This document shows positions 28,196-42,882 of a stretch of 64,000 nt of DNA, piece after piece (position 1 is the stretch's first letter; each line of letters starts with the position of its first letter). Position numbers and translations under genes: made by a program. The stretch is from Octopus vulgaris (lineage: Eukaryota). The notes under the pieces are model-generated. The model did no database searches and had not been told where the DNA came from. It saw only the letters and a program-made list of their open reading frames with translations. The stretch lies in contig OX597832.1 in NCBI GenBank assembly GCA_951406725.2, forward strand, positions 69,316,001 through 69,380,000, written 5' to 3'.

Positions 28196-30966
28196 ACTCT
28201 TCATGACTAGTGATTTCAGTGGACATTTTGGGTAGCATCCAGTTGACTTCAGTGGGGGTGCATGGAGTCAATTCTTGCAATGGGGTCGTTAAGTTCTGTG
28301 CTGCAAATGATATGCAATACTAACATCAAGAAACCAGCCAGTCACCTGTTCACCTATCAACCTGGTGGCCACACAAGCCAGTTTGACTACATTCTCACCA
28401 GAAAATAGGAAAGACGGTTACTTTTAAATGCAAAGTGTTTCCAAGGTAAAGAGTACAACCCTCATAGGTTAGTTGGTAGTGACTTCAGGCTTTAGGCTAG
28501 AAGACACAGAGAAGCAAACCAGTCTACAAGAGAAAGATCTTGAAGCTTAAGGACCCTCAAAATAGTTAGAGATTTAGAGACATACTAATTGAAGCATTTG
28601 AAAAGAAGGGGGAAGAGACAGTTACAGAGAGGATACCTGGCAGTGCCAATGAGAAAACTTAACGAGGTCACTAACCAAATTTGTGACTGGTGCAAAGTCT
28701 CTTCCAGACTTAAGGTGATATGGTGATGGAATACGGCCTGGAAGAACTGGAAGAGTGGTGGCAGCAAGGAACTATATCAGAGAGCGAGAAGGGAGGATAG
28801 AAGACAGGCATACTTAGCCAGAGGAGAAGCAGAAAGGAAGAAGTTTACCAATATTCTGCAGTATGAGGACCAGAGGCTTGACGTATTTTGGATTGCAAGA
28901 CAGTGTGTGAGAGAATATTGGGATGTAGAAAAGAAGTGTGTTCACATAGATAATAGTTTGCATGTAGATGGTGATTCTGCAAAGAAAGATGCTTAGAAAT
29001 GTTACTATGAAAACTTGCTAAGTGTGGAGAATGCATGGGTGACAAGTCTGCTTAATGTAGACCCAAGTGAGGGACCTGCTATCTGAGTATGACATTAGCT
29101 TGATAGATAAAGTAATTAAGGGTATGAAGACAGGGAAAGCCTCCAGCCCTTCAGGAATCACTGTTGAGATACCTAAAATATCTGATGGAGTAGGATATGG
29201 CCTAATCACTTGTATAGTTAATCGGAGTCAAACCCAACGACTTGTAATGCAGCATTATAGTCAACTGCCTCAAAGGTAAAGGTGATGCCTTAGACAGAAA
29301 TAATTGCAGAGGTATCAAACTGCTGGACCAAGTGATGAAGGTTACAGAGAAGGTCATAGCTCAACTAATTAGGAAGAGAGTTAGTCTGGATGAGATACAG
29401 TTCAGTTTTGTGCCAGAGAGAAGCACCACTGATGCTATATTCTTGGTAAGGTAGCTGCAGAAGTACTTAGACACAAATAAACCCCTGTACTTGGCTTTTG
29501 TTGACATGGAGAAAGCCTTTGACAGGGTCTCAAATTCCCTCATGCAGAGGCCAGGGATAGATGAGTGGTTGGGGAGAGCTATAAAAGCCATGTTCAGGGA
29601 TGTTGTCAGCAAGCTGACGGTTGGCAAGAAGTATAGCAATGAATTTAATGTACAAGTAGGAGTGCACAAGGATCGGTTCTCAGCCTCCTTCATGCTTTTC
29701 ATTGTCCTCCAGGCCATAACAGAGGAATCCAAGACTGGCTGCCCTTGGGAGGTTCTCTATGCTGATGACCCTGTTCTTTTAGCTGAAGCACAAACTTAAC
29801 TAGAGAAGAAATTTCTGGTGTGGAAGCAAGGTCTGAATCTAAGGGTCTTAGAGTTAATTTAATGAAGACCAAAGTCCTTGTAAAGAGGAAAACAGACAAA
29901 TAACAAATCCCTTTGGGGAGATGGTCCTGCTAGGTGAGTTGGAAAAATGTTGGTAGAAACTCCATATGGAGTACCCGTTGCAAGCTATGGATATATAAGA
30001 GGTACAGCAGCATCACAGAAAGGCTAGCAAAAGTAGTCTTTATGTTTGGCAGATGTGTGGATACAATAAACAAATATCTGGCGTGATGCTGAGAAGTAGT
30101 TGATAGCCCCTGTTACCTAGGTAACCAAGTTGGTAGTGGAGGAGGAAGTTCTAAAAACATAGTTGCTAGAATAAGAAACAGCTGGGAAAAATTCAGAGAC
30201 CTTCTACATTTGTTGGTAACAAAGAGCCTTTTCCTCAGAGTGAAAGGTAGATTGTATGATACCTGTGTACATACATCTATGCTGCATGGCAGTGGAACAT
30301 GAGCTGTGACCGAAGAGTATATGTGAGTGCTACTATAGAAATGAAACCAGCATGCTCTGCAGGTAATGTCAGTGTGCACAAGAGGCTTTAGATGTTGTGT
30401 ATGGATGCAGATAGCTGCATATAGAAGCACTGATCTCTAACTGACGAGGGAACTTGTTGAAGGGGTAAACTCAGGAGGATGTAGGATCAGGTGATGAGAT
30501 AGGATCTTTAGACGTTGAGCCTCACCAAAGAGATGATGAGGGACCAAGACTTCTGGTGATTTGCTGGGCTTGAAAAGACACATCAAGCTGAGTAAAACTG
30601 TGGCCATCCATATATACAGGTAGGTTCTTCATGACCATGCCTCCCACTCATTCTCTCGGCTGAGAAGTCTTTGTCTTGCATGCTCTTGATGTCATGTAAA
30701 CTGTGCTCATGTTAGCACTATGTAAAATGCACTCATGTCAGCACCACTTGATATGCCCTCATGCCAGTGCTGGTGCTGCATAAAAAGCATCCAGTCCACT
30801 CTGTAAAGAGGCTGGTGTTAGGAAGAGTATCCAGCCATATGAACTTTACCAAAACAAACAAGTGGAGCCTGGTACAGCTCTCTGGCCTTGCCAACTCCTA
30901 TCATGCTATCCAACTCATGCCAGCATGGAAAACAGACTTTCAATAATGATGATGGTGGTGATGATG
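28196..30966 (+). mobile_element. Decayed, 5'-truncated copy of the PHD-containing RTE family
   Basis: Colinear with 11240-14225 (AFVDMEKAFDRV, KTGCPWEVLYADD, PHD relic at about 29920-30060) with many stops and indels; (gat)n tail. Confidence 0.9.
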
Positions 30967-30989
30967 TGTCTGTGTATGAATGTATGTGT

Positions 30990-31475
<486 letters not shown>

Positions 31476-32149
31476 GCCTTATGTTGTTTTTGAGGCATTT
31501 CCATTGCCAGTCCTCACCTGAATCTACCTGTCAGCATTATTGCTAACTGGCAAGGCTCACATTAATTATTCCAACATGACCTGTCAAATGGCAGATTCTA
31601 AAAGGCTGGTCCCTTTACTCTCCTATATTTCTTCTCATCTTAATCTTCTCTCCTACACATAATGACCAATACAGTCACTAATCCCTCATCAATTCTCATC
31701 CACACCAAGCAATTATTAAAAGATATTCATGGAAAGAGGACCCAATAACACACACACACACCTATGTACTCACAACAATAAATCAAAACCACTTAACTAC
31801 ATCTCTTCTCCCCTCATCTCTCCGTGTGCCATGTACACCTGTCCTTCAAAACTATTGAAACTGGATTAATTAAAGTATCTTTCAGCATGTTGTTAGCATA
31901 TATATATATTTATCTATATAAGGGTACACACACACACACCGTATTTTCTGACATACAAGTTGAATTTTTCAAGCCAAAATTCACAGCCAAAGGAAAGGTA
32001 GGTCATTGCATACACCAAGAGGACTTTGGATGACCAGTGAAATGTAGCAAGTCTTGGAACGCTAGTGAAGATGTTCAGATGCTTACACTATACACTTATA
32101 GTATATACTTGGTTGACTTGTAATCTGGAAAATGTGGTGTGTATGTGTG

Positions 32150-32183
32150 TGTGGATGGATGGATAGACAGATAGACAGACAGT

Positions 32184-32215
<32 letters not shown>

Positions 32216-32282
32216 TGGATGGATGGATGGATAGACAGATAGACAGACAGTTAGACAGGCAGACAGTTAGATAGATAGATAA

Positions 32283-32318
<36 letters not shown>

Positions 32319-32435
32319 ATAGATAGACAGACAGACAGACAGACGGACGGACAGACGGACGGATGGACGGACGGATGGATGGATGGGTAGATAGGTTGAT
32401 TGATAGATAAGAAAATAGGATAGAGAGAGAGAGAG
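32150..32435. repeat. (GATA/GACA/GATG/GACG)n tetranucleotide array
   Basis: Directly visible. Confidence 0.95.
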
Positions 32436-32645
32436 GTAGAGGTAGATTAGAGTATAGTAAGGTTTAGGTTATTACTGAGTTTAATAGCACACCCTGGAGT
32501 AGTCTTTTAAGTCATGTGTTGGCATACCACAACCCACTCATGTAGGAAATTGTTGTTTGCCAAAATGTCAAGGCATCAGTGGTTTCTTGGAGGGATTTGG
32601 TTTTCATTGGGGGAATTTGTCCAAATACCATTTGAATATTTTAGA

Positions 32646-32964
32646 GTAAAAAGCACCATCCGAATCGTGGCCGAAGCCAGTGCTGCCTCGACTGGCTTCC
32701 GTGCAGGTGGCACGTAAAATGCACCAATCCGACTGTGGCCAATGCCAGCCTCGCCTGGCACCAGTGCAGGTGGCACGTAAAAGCACCCACTACACTCACG
32801 GAGTGGTTGGCGTTAGGAAGGGCATCCAGCTGTAGAAACATTGCCAGATAAGACCTGAGCCTGGTGCAGCCTTCTGGCTTCCCAGATCCCCGGTCGAACC
32901 GTCCAACCCATGCTAGCATGGAGAACGGACGTTAAACGATGATGATGATGATGATGATGATGAT
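32646..32964 (+). mobile_element. Young RTE-family 3' UTR copy (SINE-like or truncated) with tandem structured modules
   Basis: CpG-intact match to 13985-14229; the gtgcaggtggcacgtaaaa module occurs twice in full plus a partial copy; (gat)n tail. Confidence 0.88.
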
Positions 32965-33054
32965 TATTCTCCTTTGTTTTGTTTTTGTTTTTGTTTTTCA
33001 GGATAATATTGAATAAAGCAAAACCTGTTGAAGGAAAATATTTGTTCTATATAT

Positions 33055-33285
33055 CAGCATCATCATCATCATTTAAAGTCTGCTTTCCATGCTGGCATGG
33101 ATTGGATGGTCTGACGTGCAGCTGGCTTGCAAGAAGCTGCCCAGACTCCAATTGTCGCATGGTTTCTATTGCTGGATGCTCTTGGTAATGCCAACAGAGT
33201 GTGCCAGGTGCTCTTTACGTGCCACTGGCATGGGTGAGTTTGTGCAGCACAGGTGCAGGTCCATTTTATTAGGCACTGGCACCTG
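33055..33285 (-). mobile_element. RTE-family 3' end fragment
   Basis: (cat)n then a reverse-complement match to the RTE 3' UTR. Similar decayed pieces at about 33895-34090(-) and 36360-36495(+). Confidence 0.75.
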
Positions 33286-33335
33286 TGTGTGTGTATACAT
33301 ATATATATATATATATGTATGTATGTGTATATATA

Positions 33336-33382
<47 letters not shown>

Positions 33383-33485
33383 ATATATATATGTATGTAT
33401 ATGTATGTATATATAGATATATGTATGTGAGTATATATGTATGTATTTGTACATATATATATGTATGTATATATATATATGTATG

Positions 33486-33516
<31 letters not shown>

Positions 33517-33527
33517 GTGCATATATA

Positions 33528-33599
<72 letters not shown>

Positions 33600-34273
33600 C
33601 AATATAGGGTAGCAAAAAATTCAGTAGAAATTATTTGCCTAGTATATATATATATATATATGTATGTATGTGTATATGTATACACACACACACATATATA
33701 TATGTCTACCTAGGGTATCATCGCAAATGCTGCCTCTATACCCTAACAATTACTGACAATCGTATAAGACACATCTCGCAATCTCACCATGGAGTATTTT
33801 GTTCCTACATGATGAATAGGACTGCTGCTATGTATATTGCAAACACAGATATACATAAATTTATATTCCTACATGCACACGTACATGTGTGTATCATCAA
33901 CATCACCATTGGATGTCTACTTTCATTGCTGGCAGAGGGGTTGGATGGTTTGATAAGATCTGAAGAACTGCAGGACTGCATCAAGCTCCAGTGACTGGTT
34001 TGGAATGGTTTCTATGGCTGAATGCCCTCCCTAATGTCAACGATTTTGCACCGGGTGCTTTGTTCATACCACCAGCACAAGTGAGGTCACCAAGTAACTT
34101 GCAAAACAAGAAAAAGAAAAACAACTCCCACCCCTTACTAAATGTGTGTGTGTGTGATGGGGGGAGTGGCTCTGTACCAATTGAAGAGGGGTTAAAGTAT
34201 AAAAATGATGAGGTGGCAGAGCAAACCCTCAAAGAGGTGAGTGTAAGAGAGAATATACACATACAGTGTGTGT

Positions 34274-34307
<34 letters not shown>

Positions 34308-35602
34308 AAATTGAAATCAAATTACAACAATATTTACCTAATTAGCTCTCAATATTTACAGAATTTTCCAAATAACAATGAATTGCCTGATGCTGCTATC
34401 TGTACAGTTTGCGCCATTAAGCTGAGTACTTTCCAACCATTTTTAAATTGTTTCAATTTTCTGAGACAAGAGGACAGATAACCAAACCAGAAGATAAAGA
34501 ATTTGCTGCCATCAGATAAGGAGCAGCTTTTAACAGGTAAAACCATTCCACAATAACAACTGAATATGCACTCGATTATCTATGGTTGTGAGTGAACTTT
34601 TGTGCATGTGTGCATCTCTGTTGTATATCTGCTGGTGGGTTTGTGTCTATATGTCTTTAAGATTCTGCATCATCAACATCATCATCATGATGCATGTGTA
34701 TCTGTGTAAATGCATCAGTGGTTGTTGTGTCTGCATGTTTGCATGTGTATCTGTGTAAATGCATCAGTGGTTGTTGTGTCTGCATGTGTGTTTATGTGTG
34801 TGCGTGTGTTTGGTATGTCTATGTAGCAGTTTATGTGAATGTTCATGCATATGTGCATCTGGTTGCTTTGAGTGTGCATGTGTGTGAGTTGCATGGACAT
34901 GCACACAAGTTGCACATGCATGGGTTGCCTGCATAAGAATCACTTGATTGCACACAATGCTGATGGGGATGTGCATGCGCATGCACATGTGTGGAAGGTG
35001 TGTGTGAGTTGTGTGCTGTGTATACACACACTCACACATACACGCATATGTCTATACATACATACACACACATCTACTTCAGCTTATGTAGAAAAAATTG
35101 CTGTGCCCTACTGTGAACATGATTGCTTCCCATCAAATACACGTGTGCGCACACTACAATCCTAAATACTCAACCACTGAGAAATGGGTGCCTCAGAATT
35201 GCTCCCTAACACTTTGTTTATTTGTTTATTAACTTTTTTTTGTAATTTTATTTTAAGCCAAACCCTGGATAAGCTAATAAAGCTAAAATGTTAATCCTCA
35301 TCTGCTAATCTTCATCTGTTAATCCTCATCTGTTATTAAGGATCTTCTTTCATAGATTAGTCAAAGCAGAAAGGAAAACATCTCTGTCTTTTAGAGGATT
35401 CAAGATATGTGTCCTCCTCTAATTTAAGATAATAGGCTATGATGTGAGGGGAATTTGACTACTATATGTAGCTGGTTGAGCATCCGCATAGAAGCCTTCC
35501 CTCGTTATCACAAAATAAGCATGTTGAATATTCCTAGATCAGTGTACTTGGACAAAACTTGAATGCAAGGTATTCTAGTCAAGATAATCTTTTCTACCCT
35601 AG

Positions 35603-35750
35603 ACACAAGACCTGAAATTTTTAGGGGAGGGAGCCAGTCTATTAGATCGAACCCAGTATGCAACTGGTACTTAATTTATCGACCCCAAAAGGATGAAAAG
35701 CAAATTTGACGTTGGTGGAAGTTGAACCCAGAACGCAGAGACAGATGAAT
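35603..35750 (-). mobile_element. SINE family B fragment
   Basis: Reverse complement matches 48340-48475 (gtcgataaattaagtaccagtt..tactgggttcgat). Confidence 0.7.
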
Positions 35751-36475
35751 TTCTAGTCAAGATAATACAATCATTTGTATGTTAGAGAAGATTTAGCTTG
35801 AGACAGGCTTTATTCTAAGCAGAAGGGGATGACTTGATAGAGTTTTAGCTGCTCTTTTTAGCACATCAAATGAGGACCATGTATTAGCTTCCTTGTCAAC
35901 AAAAATTGAGAACCAGTAAACAATTCTTCCTCTTTCTTTTTCCTCTCCCTTTCTTTTCCATTCATCTCCCTCTCTCTTTTACTGTAGGCCCTACCAAAAC
36001 ATCCTGAATGGATTTAATAGATGGAAACTGAAAGAATCCCATTGTGTGTGTATCATGATCATGAACACTCCTGTTGTAAATAACAGTTGAGGGTTCTATA
36101 ATTTTTATCCCAACAACCTGCACAGATGATTAGGTTCCTAGTAAGCAAATGTTTGTGCCATGCATTATCCCCTCCCTCCCTCACATCGATGTCACCTGTA
36201 CGAGTGCACCGTGTTCTGGACATCAGATGTGAAAATGATTGCAGAACAACATGAGCTTTGCTCAAGAACACAATTCAATGCCTGTCCTTAGAAATGAAAC
36301 CATGATGCTGCAATCATAAGCACAGCATCCTAACCACCAGACCATGCTGTATATAAAGTCTGGTGATGGCACCAAGTAAAAAACACCCTTTGTACTCTCT
36401 GTAAAGTGGTTGGCATTAGGAAGGGCACTCAACTGTAGAAGCCATGCCACCAAAACAGACTATGGGCAGGATAGA

Positions 36476-36509
<34 letters not shown>

Positions 36510-37628
36510 GGTGGTGGTGGTGGTGGCGGCGTGCGTGTGTGTGCATGTATGCACCTATGTTTATCTCCAGATTGCTTGACAATTGTTATTGATTTGTTTA
36601 TTTCTGACAGAATAAGAAGCTGACTTACAAAGAATAAAGACTGAGTTTGATTTGTTCAATGAAACCCTTCAAAGATGTGCCCCAGCATGCCCAGAGTGCA
36701 GTGAAAAAAACAAGGAAAAAACGAATATGTGGTCAACAGGTGAGCCAATTTACGTCACATCCATTATTTCACTATCTCTCTCTCCATCTCTCTCTCTCTC
36801 TCTCGTTTCTACCTCATTCACTCTCAGTTCTCACTTTTATCTTCTCCTTCTCAGTCTCACTATCTCTTTCCTTTCTCATTCACTCTTCCTCTCACTTATA
36901 ATCAGTCATTCATTTCCTCCATCACTCAATCTCATGTCTTCATCACTCACCTGTTCCCACTCATCTTTCTCACTCACTCAATTACTGTACAAGCACAGAC
37001 AAGTAGAAATAAGTCCAACAATTATGAAATCAACACAATATGATTTATGATTTGAAATTTGGCAGCAGAAATAATAAGCGGGAAGGAGGTAGAATAGAAT
37101 TAGAAGCTAAGCTAGAGCAAGGTGAGCTAAATATTTCATTTCGTTTCTCATGATTTACAGCAGTCTCTCTTCACACCATTGATGGAATGAATGGATAGTG
37201 CAACAGGAACACGGTAATCACTTAGCTATTGAAAGCCAGCCAAGCGATAGGAAAGCAACAAATTTGGATACAGCCGACAAACATTGGCACCACAGACACT
37301 GTCAGTTATCTAATGCTAAAATAAGTAGTCTGCTACTTTCACGGTCAATTTCAAGTAGACATATGGCAATCACTCTGGGACGAGAAGAGATTCGGATGTT
37401 TTGCTCAGGCCAAATGAAACAGAAGATGTGTAAAATATTCTCAGAAAATGAAAGGGTATTGTGGGGGGGGGGGGAGGCGTGGGAGTGGAAATTGGTTGAA
37501 AGAAGAAAATTTAGAAAGATTGCTCCTGTAATTATGTAAACATTTGGCAATATTAAAGTAAAGATTTCTTTCTATAACACTTTCTCTTGCACACATGCCA
37601 AATTCACACACACACACACACATGTAAG

Positions 37629-38680
37629 TACAGGATTTCCCAACATTGTGGGAGTTATGTATTCCTGAGAAAACTCAACATATTACAAAATCCTCAAATA
37701 CAACATTTTCCCATTAATTTTCATGCTATAAAATGACAATTCATTCCGACATTTTTACAGAAGGAAACAACAAGCAGAAACCATGCAATACAACTAGTTT
37801 TATGCATGAAAATACTTGCTATACACAGAGTACAATGTGTTTAGAGAAGAACAATGGTAAAGAAAATGTTAGGGAACCACAATAATGTAATACGGTATGA
37901 TCTTATTGTAAATGATGTCAACTAATGTGTGAAGGGTTGAGATCCTAGACTGAAAGTTATCAGGAAAATGGAGGGTTTCTTATTTTATCAACAACTTCTG
38001 CTAAAGGGATAAAGGATTTATGCAAAACCGTTTTAATGGTGCATCATCTCTTTATACAACTCAGTGTGAGAACTGAGATTTTTAAGTTACATTCATCCTC
38101 AAGGATGTTATCAGCAAAAACTTGCAGACCTTTCTCTATTAGTGCCAACACTTTAGCAATATTCTTTGCATTCAATTGCAGTGGAGTTGGTGCAATTTCC
38201 ATGTTCTTACATTGCACTTCTTCTAAAGATATCAGCACCTCATTAGATAAACTTTACAAGTCACCACCAGCTCAAATTACATCATCCTTTATGACTTCTT
38301 GAAACCTGATGTAATTTGCAAATGCCTCAAAATCATTTCAAAATTGATGTCAATTTTCTGCTGGTGAAAGAAATAAGATCGATTAAAAGAAAAAAAAAAG
38401 ATCTGAGTTGTTAATGGAGTAAGTTCTTGGGCATTTAATTTTCCTTTTTGTGTTACAAATTTTTCTCGTCATAACTGTTGCATGCTTTAATGTTTTGGCA
38501 ATGTGGCAGGGGTTTTTCTCTCACAACAAACCTTTTTAATACATCAAGGTTAATGTCCATTGTAATCTTTTTGAAGTTTCTTTTGCACTCCTATCTCCAG
38601 TTCTACTTGATGGCCTCTTTTCAGCATCTTCAATTGAAGGTAAATCCAACAGCTGTGGCCATCAACAACAAATAAATAGT
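37629..38680 (-). mobile_element. Possible Tigger/pogo-type DNA transposon relic
   Basis: Minus-strand peptide FKKITMDINLDVLKRF (about 38530-38580) resembles the pogo/CENP-B N-terminal HTH, LNAKNIAKVLALIEKGLQVF resembles Tigger C-termini, and there is a TA+CAGG terminus at 37629. The second TIR was not found. Confidence 0.4.
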
Positions 38681-41600
38681 AAAAAATTTAAAAAATGGTA
38701 AGGACTGTTTTATGAGACCAAAAATTGGTCTTCCTTGTGTGGATATTAGAAGGGAAATAAGAAATGAAGGGTAGAAGGAGTGAGGTGGGAGGAAATACAA
38801 TTTGATTACAGTTAGTTACAAGTTACCAGGTTCATTAGCACTTTTAGCCATACAACTCAGGGAAGACATGTAATCAAAAGCAGAACTATGATCCAGTCGT
38901 GGCCATCTCACCATATTTTTGTGGTTTTCAAATGCAAATCAACTAAAAACACATTTGTTAATGTATTCTTTGTTTATTAAAATAGTTTGGAAGAACATTT
39001 TTAAGGTGTGACTACTATTTTTAGCAGATCAAACATACCAAAATTCCCATGTCGATTTGTGATCTATAGAATTAATAGTCAGCTGTCCAGAATAAGTCTA
39101 GAATAACCATCAGAACCAATATGTATAAGAACTGAAGATCCAATGCGAACTCAACAATAAAAATGCCAAGTTATTTGTCAGCTGGTGATTAGCAGGATTT
39201 AAGCCATTTGGTGGCCCCACGAAGATCAATTAAATAAATACCAGTTATAGGCTGATATATAAGTAAAAGTCAATTCAATAGGGAACATTTCACTGGTAGG
39301 TTGCTAATAAATCTAATAAATGGTTGATTGACTAATCTTAAGTTAAACAATGGCTTAATCAAGAACTGACCAGCGCTTTCCAATTAAAACAGCTTAAATT
39401 GTGTTAATTATAAAGAAATGCAATCAAGGAAAATAATGAGAACACAGACATTACAATACTAATTTCGGAGATTGATTAGTAAGAACAATGAGACAAAGAT
39501 AAAAATCAATCGATATTTTCAAAAGGTTACCAGATATAATGAAATTGAGAAGAGTATTGAGAAACAACCCATGACTGGTCTGAGCCATGCCAGCATGAAA
39601 GATGGACGTTAAACATGGATGAAGAAGAGGACAAGGAAATGGAGAAGAATGATACTAACCTATAAGCCCACAAAACTAAGTTTCCCTTTATTTGTTTTAT
39701 AGTTGAGCCAATGGTCAAAGAGCAGTACCAATGGCTGGATTGTAGAGATTTCAAGACTGATGGAGAGAAAGTTACCCTGTGGTAACCAAAGTCCATCTTG
39801 AATGTCTGAAACAGAGTGGACTCTACTGAAAACACCCAATGGTCAGACAGTGAGGTTAAGCCAAACAACAGATTTAATCTACTATTCAACACCAGGAACA
39901 CTCCCTCACGCATGTTTCCATACAGTTTCCAGTTACCCAATTTGATTTGTAAAGCTTAGATTTTGTTCAACAGCACCAGACTACCTTTTTTTGTTGTTGA
40001 CATCTCTGAAAGGATGAGTAGCAAAGTCTATCTTGGTGAGGTTTGAAATCAGAGTAATAAGTAATAATAAGTTATAATAAGTAAAGTAGTAAACTGGTAA
40101 GGTTGATAGAGTGTTGGACAGAAATCAACAAGATGTTTGTCCAAATCTCTGCTCTCTGAGTTCAAATTTCCCCAAGGTCAACTTTACTCTTTGGGGATCG
40201 ATAAAAGAAGTACTAACTCAGGGTGGCAGTGGATTGGTGGAACTGTGAGAGGGATTGTCAGATACCTTTTGGTGTTTGTTCTGGATCTTTGAGCTCTGTC
40301 AGCAATAGCTGCAAAAACACTAGTGCCAAGGTGTTGACATTTCTGTTCGATAAACATCAGTGGTAGGAAGACAGGAAACTGGCATAAATAGGCAACTGGG
40401 AGGTCTTCTTAAATGAAATCATGTCCAGCCCTGCCCATGTGTGTAGATGCTTGGTTGACATTACTTGATAGAGGCCCTGGAAGTCCTCAATACTTGAAGG
40501 GATAGGGTTAACTGAATTCATCCATAATCTCAGTTACAGGATTTCTATTTAATTGGCCTCAAAGAGAAATAAAACGCAAAACCTAGTCCAGTGAGATATC
40601 AAATCTGTAAAGAGTCATAGCCTAATGGTTCAGGTACTGGCTACGTTGCTCATAAGGTCATGAGTTTAATCTTGGGATTGGTAGCATGTTATATCCTTGA
40701 ACTTCATTTCAAGCTGTTCCAGTTTCATTAACTAAAAGTGAGGTCAACCAAGAGTGCTGATGCAGGCCTCTCAATGTCCAGCAATTCTTAATGTTCTGCC
40801 GGAGATTTTCAGCCATTCTCACTTTCAAGTGACGCAATTGCATGCCAGATAACAGAAGGAAGTTTATGTTCTGTGATTAGCGAAATAAAAAAAAAACTAT
40901 ATAATTTTGTTCCTATTTTGTTCATTAGGAAGCCAACATAATATATATATAATTTCCATGCACATGTTCAGAACAAAAACTTGAATAAATCCATTTCAAT
41001 CCACAAGATATCTCCTGACTCCCAGAGGATAAGTCAAGCATTCTATTAGATATCAGAACATTTTTTTTTATTCTCTTTTGATAGCAGAACATCATATATC
41101 TTAATCTTTGTCATCATTAGTTTAATTCTCTTTTTGCAGAGATTCCCTCTGTTCTTACCAAACTTCCAGCTTAGTTGATGTTAATAAGGCTTATAGATTA
41201 CACACAACAACTGTCAAGAAAGATTTCATATGAATTCTCTGACACGGCAATTGCAAACACTAGATAGTGAATGAGCCAATAAAGGAGACCTCTCTTTACT
41301 AGACTTACTAGAAATAGCAGCTACATCTACCATAGATCACACCCTACTGCTGTTTAAAAAATGAAAGGCACATAATGTAACCCTAGGTAGAGTAATCTTA
41401 AACATAACATAACAAGAGTGATAATCTTGAAAGAAATACAGAACAGATTGGACTTCTTAAACCTGGTATTCCATAGTCTAGCATCTCATATGGTCCAGCA
41501 CATTTTAGATTTATATTATGAAAAACATTGAAAAAAATCCTCCCTGAAAGCTTGGTTGTATTAAGGGTGATGCACTGGCTGAATTATTAGAGTGTTTTGC

Positions 41601-41809
41601 TGTATTCCAGCCGTTTACAATCTGAGTTCAAATCCCATTGTTGTCAACATCATCTTTCATGGTTTTCAAAATAAAAGCACCATTCAGAAAGTAGGGTCAA
41701 CTTCCTCATTCCACTCAGAATTGGTAGCCTTATGCTTAGATTAGAAACAATTATTTCTAATGTTAAGCTTTATCCTAGTTTAGATAAAACATAGATTCCC
41801 TCATGTACC

Positions 41810-42882
41810 AGTGGGGAAAACTAGAAATAGTCAATAGCTTCCATTACCTAGGTGATTAAGTCAGTAGCAGGGGTGGATGCTCCAAGAGCATAGCGGCTAG
41901 AATAAGAATAGCCTGGGCAAAGTTCAGAGAGCTCCTACCTCTGCTGATAACAAAGGACCTCTCACTCAACGTGAAAGGCAAACTGTATAATGTCTGTGTG
42001 TGAACAGCTATGCTACATGGCAGTGAAACATGGTCTGTGACTGCCGAGGAAATGTGAAGGCATGAAAGAAATGAAGCTAGTATGCTCTGCTGGATGTGTA
42101 ATGTCAGTGTGCATACACAAAAGTGTAAACATCCTGAGAGAAAAGTTGGACAAAAAAAGCATCAGATTTGATGTGTAAGAAAGATGACTGCACCGGTATG
42201 GTCATGTGATGCATATGGATGAGGACAGCTGTGTGAAGAAGTGTCACATTCTAATGGTGGAGGGAACCTGTGGATGAGGTAGACCCAGAAAGATATGGAA
42301 TGAGGTGGTGAAGCATGACTTTTGAACACTGGGCCTCACAGAGGCAGTGAAAAGAGACAGAGACCTTTGGAGATTTTCCATGCTTGAGAAGACCTGTCAA
42401 GCCAAGTGAGGTCATAGTTGTGGGAGATGCCAGTGTCATGTAACTGTGGCCCATTAAAAGCATCCTTCAATTGTTGCACTTGTGAAAACCTGTCAAACCA
42501 AGTGAAACTGTCGTCATGGATGATGCCATTGTTGTCTGACTGGCACCCATGCTGGTGGCATGTAAAAAATACTGTTCAAGCTTTGGGCCTCATGGAGGCA
42601 GTGACAGGTGACCAAGACCCTTGGTAATATACCATGCTTGTGTTGACCTGTCAAACCAAATGAAGCCATAGTCAGCTGGTGTCAGGTCTATGGCACCTGT
42701 GCCAATGGCATGTAAAAAACACTCTCAGAGTAGCTGGCATTAGGAAGGACATCCAGCAGTAGAAACCTTGCCAAATTAGAAAGGAACCTGTGCAGCACCC
42801 ACCCACTGGCCTACCAGTTTTCAATCAAACCACCCAACCCATGCAAGTAAGGAAAATAGCCTTTAAGCAATGATGATGATGA
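41810..42882 (+). mobile_element. Decayed RTE-family 3' fragment with internally duplicated 3' UTR
   Basis: Colinear with 13262-13850 (RIRIAWAKFRELLPLL); acctgtcaa(g/a)ccaa recurs at about 42392, 42488 and 42646; (gat)n tail. Confidence 0.88.

Noticed and set aside
32700-32725. Resemblance of CGUGC...GCACGUAAA to the pistol ribozyme P1 region
   Set aside because: The P2/P3 helices and cleavage-site junction are missing, so it is treated as a simple pseudoknot.
34340-34537. Unique non-repetitive stretch with AG/GT signals
   Set aside because: Frames are short or contain stops and no homology was recognised. It could be regulatory, but that is not supportable.
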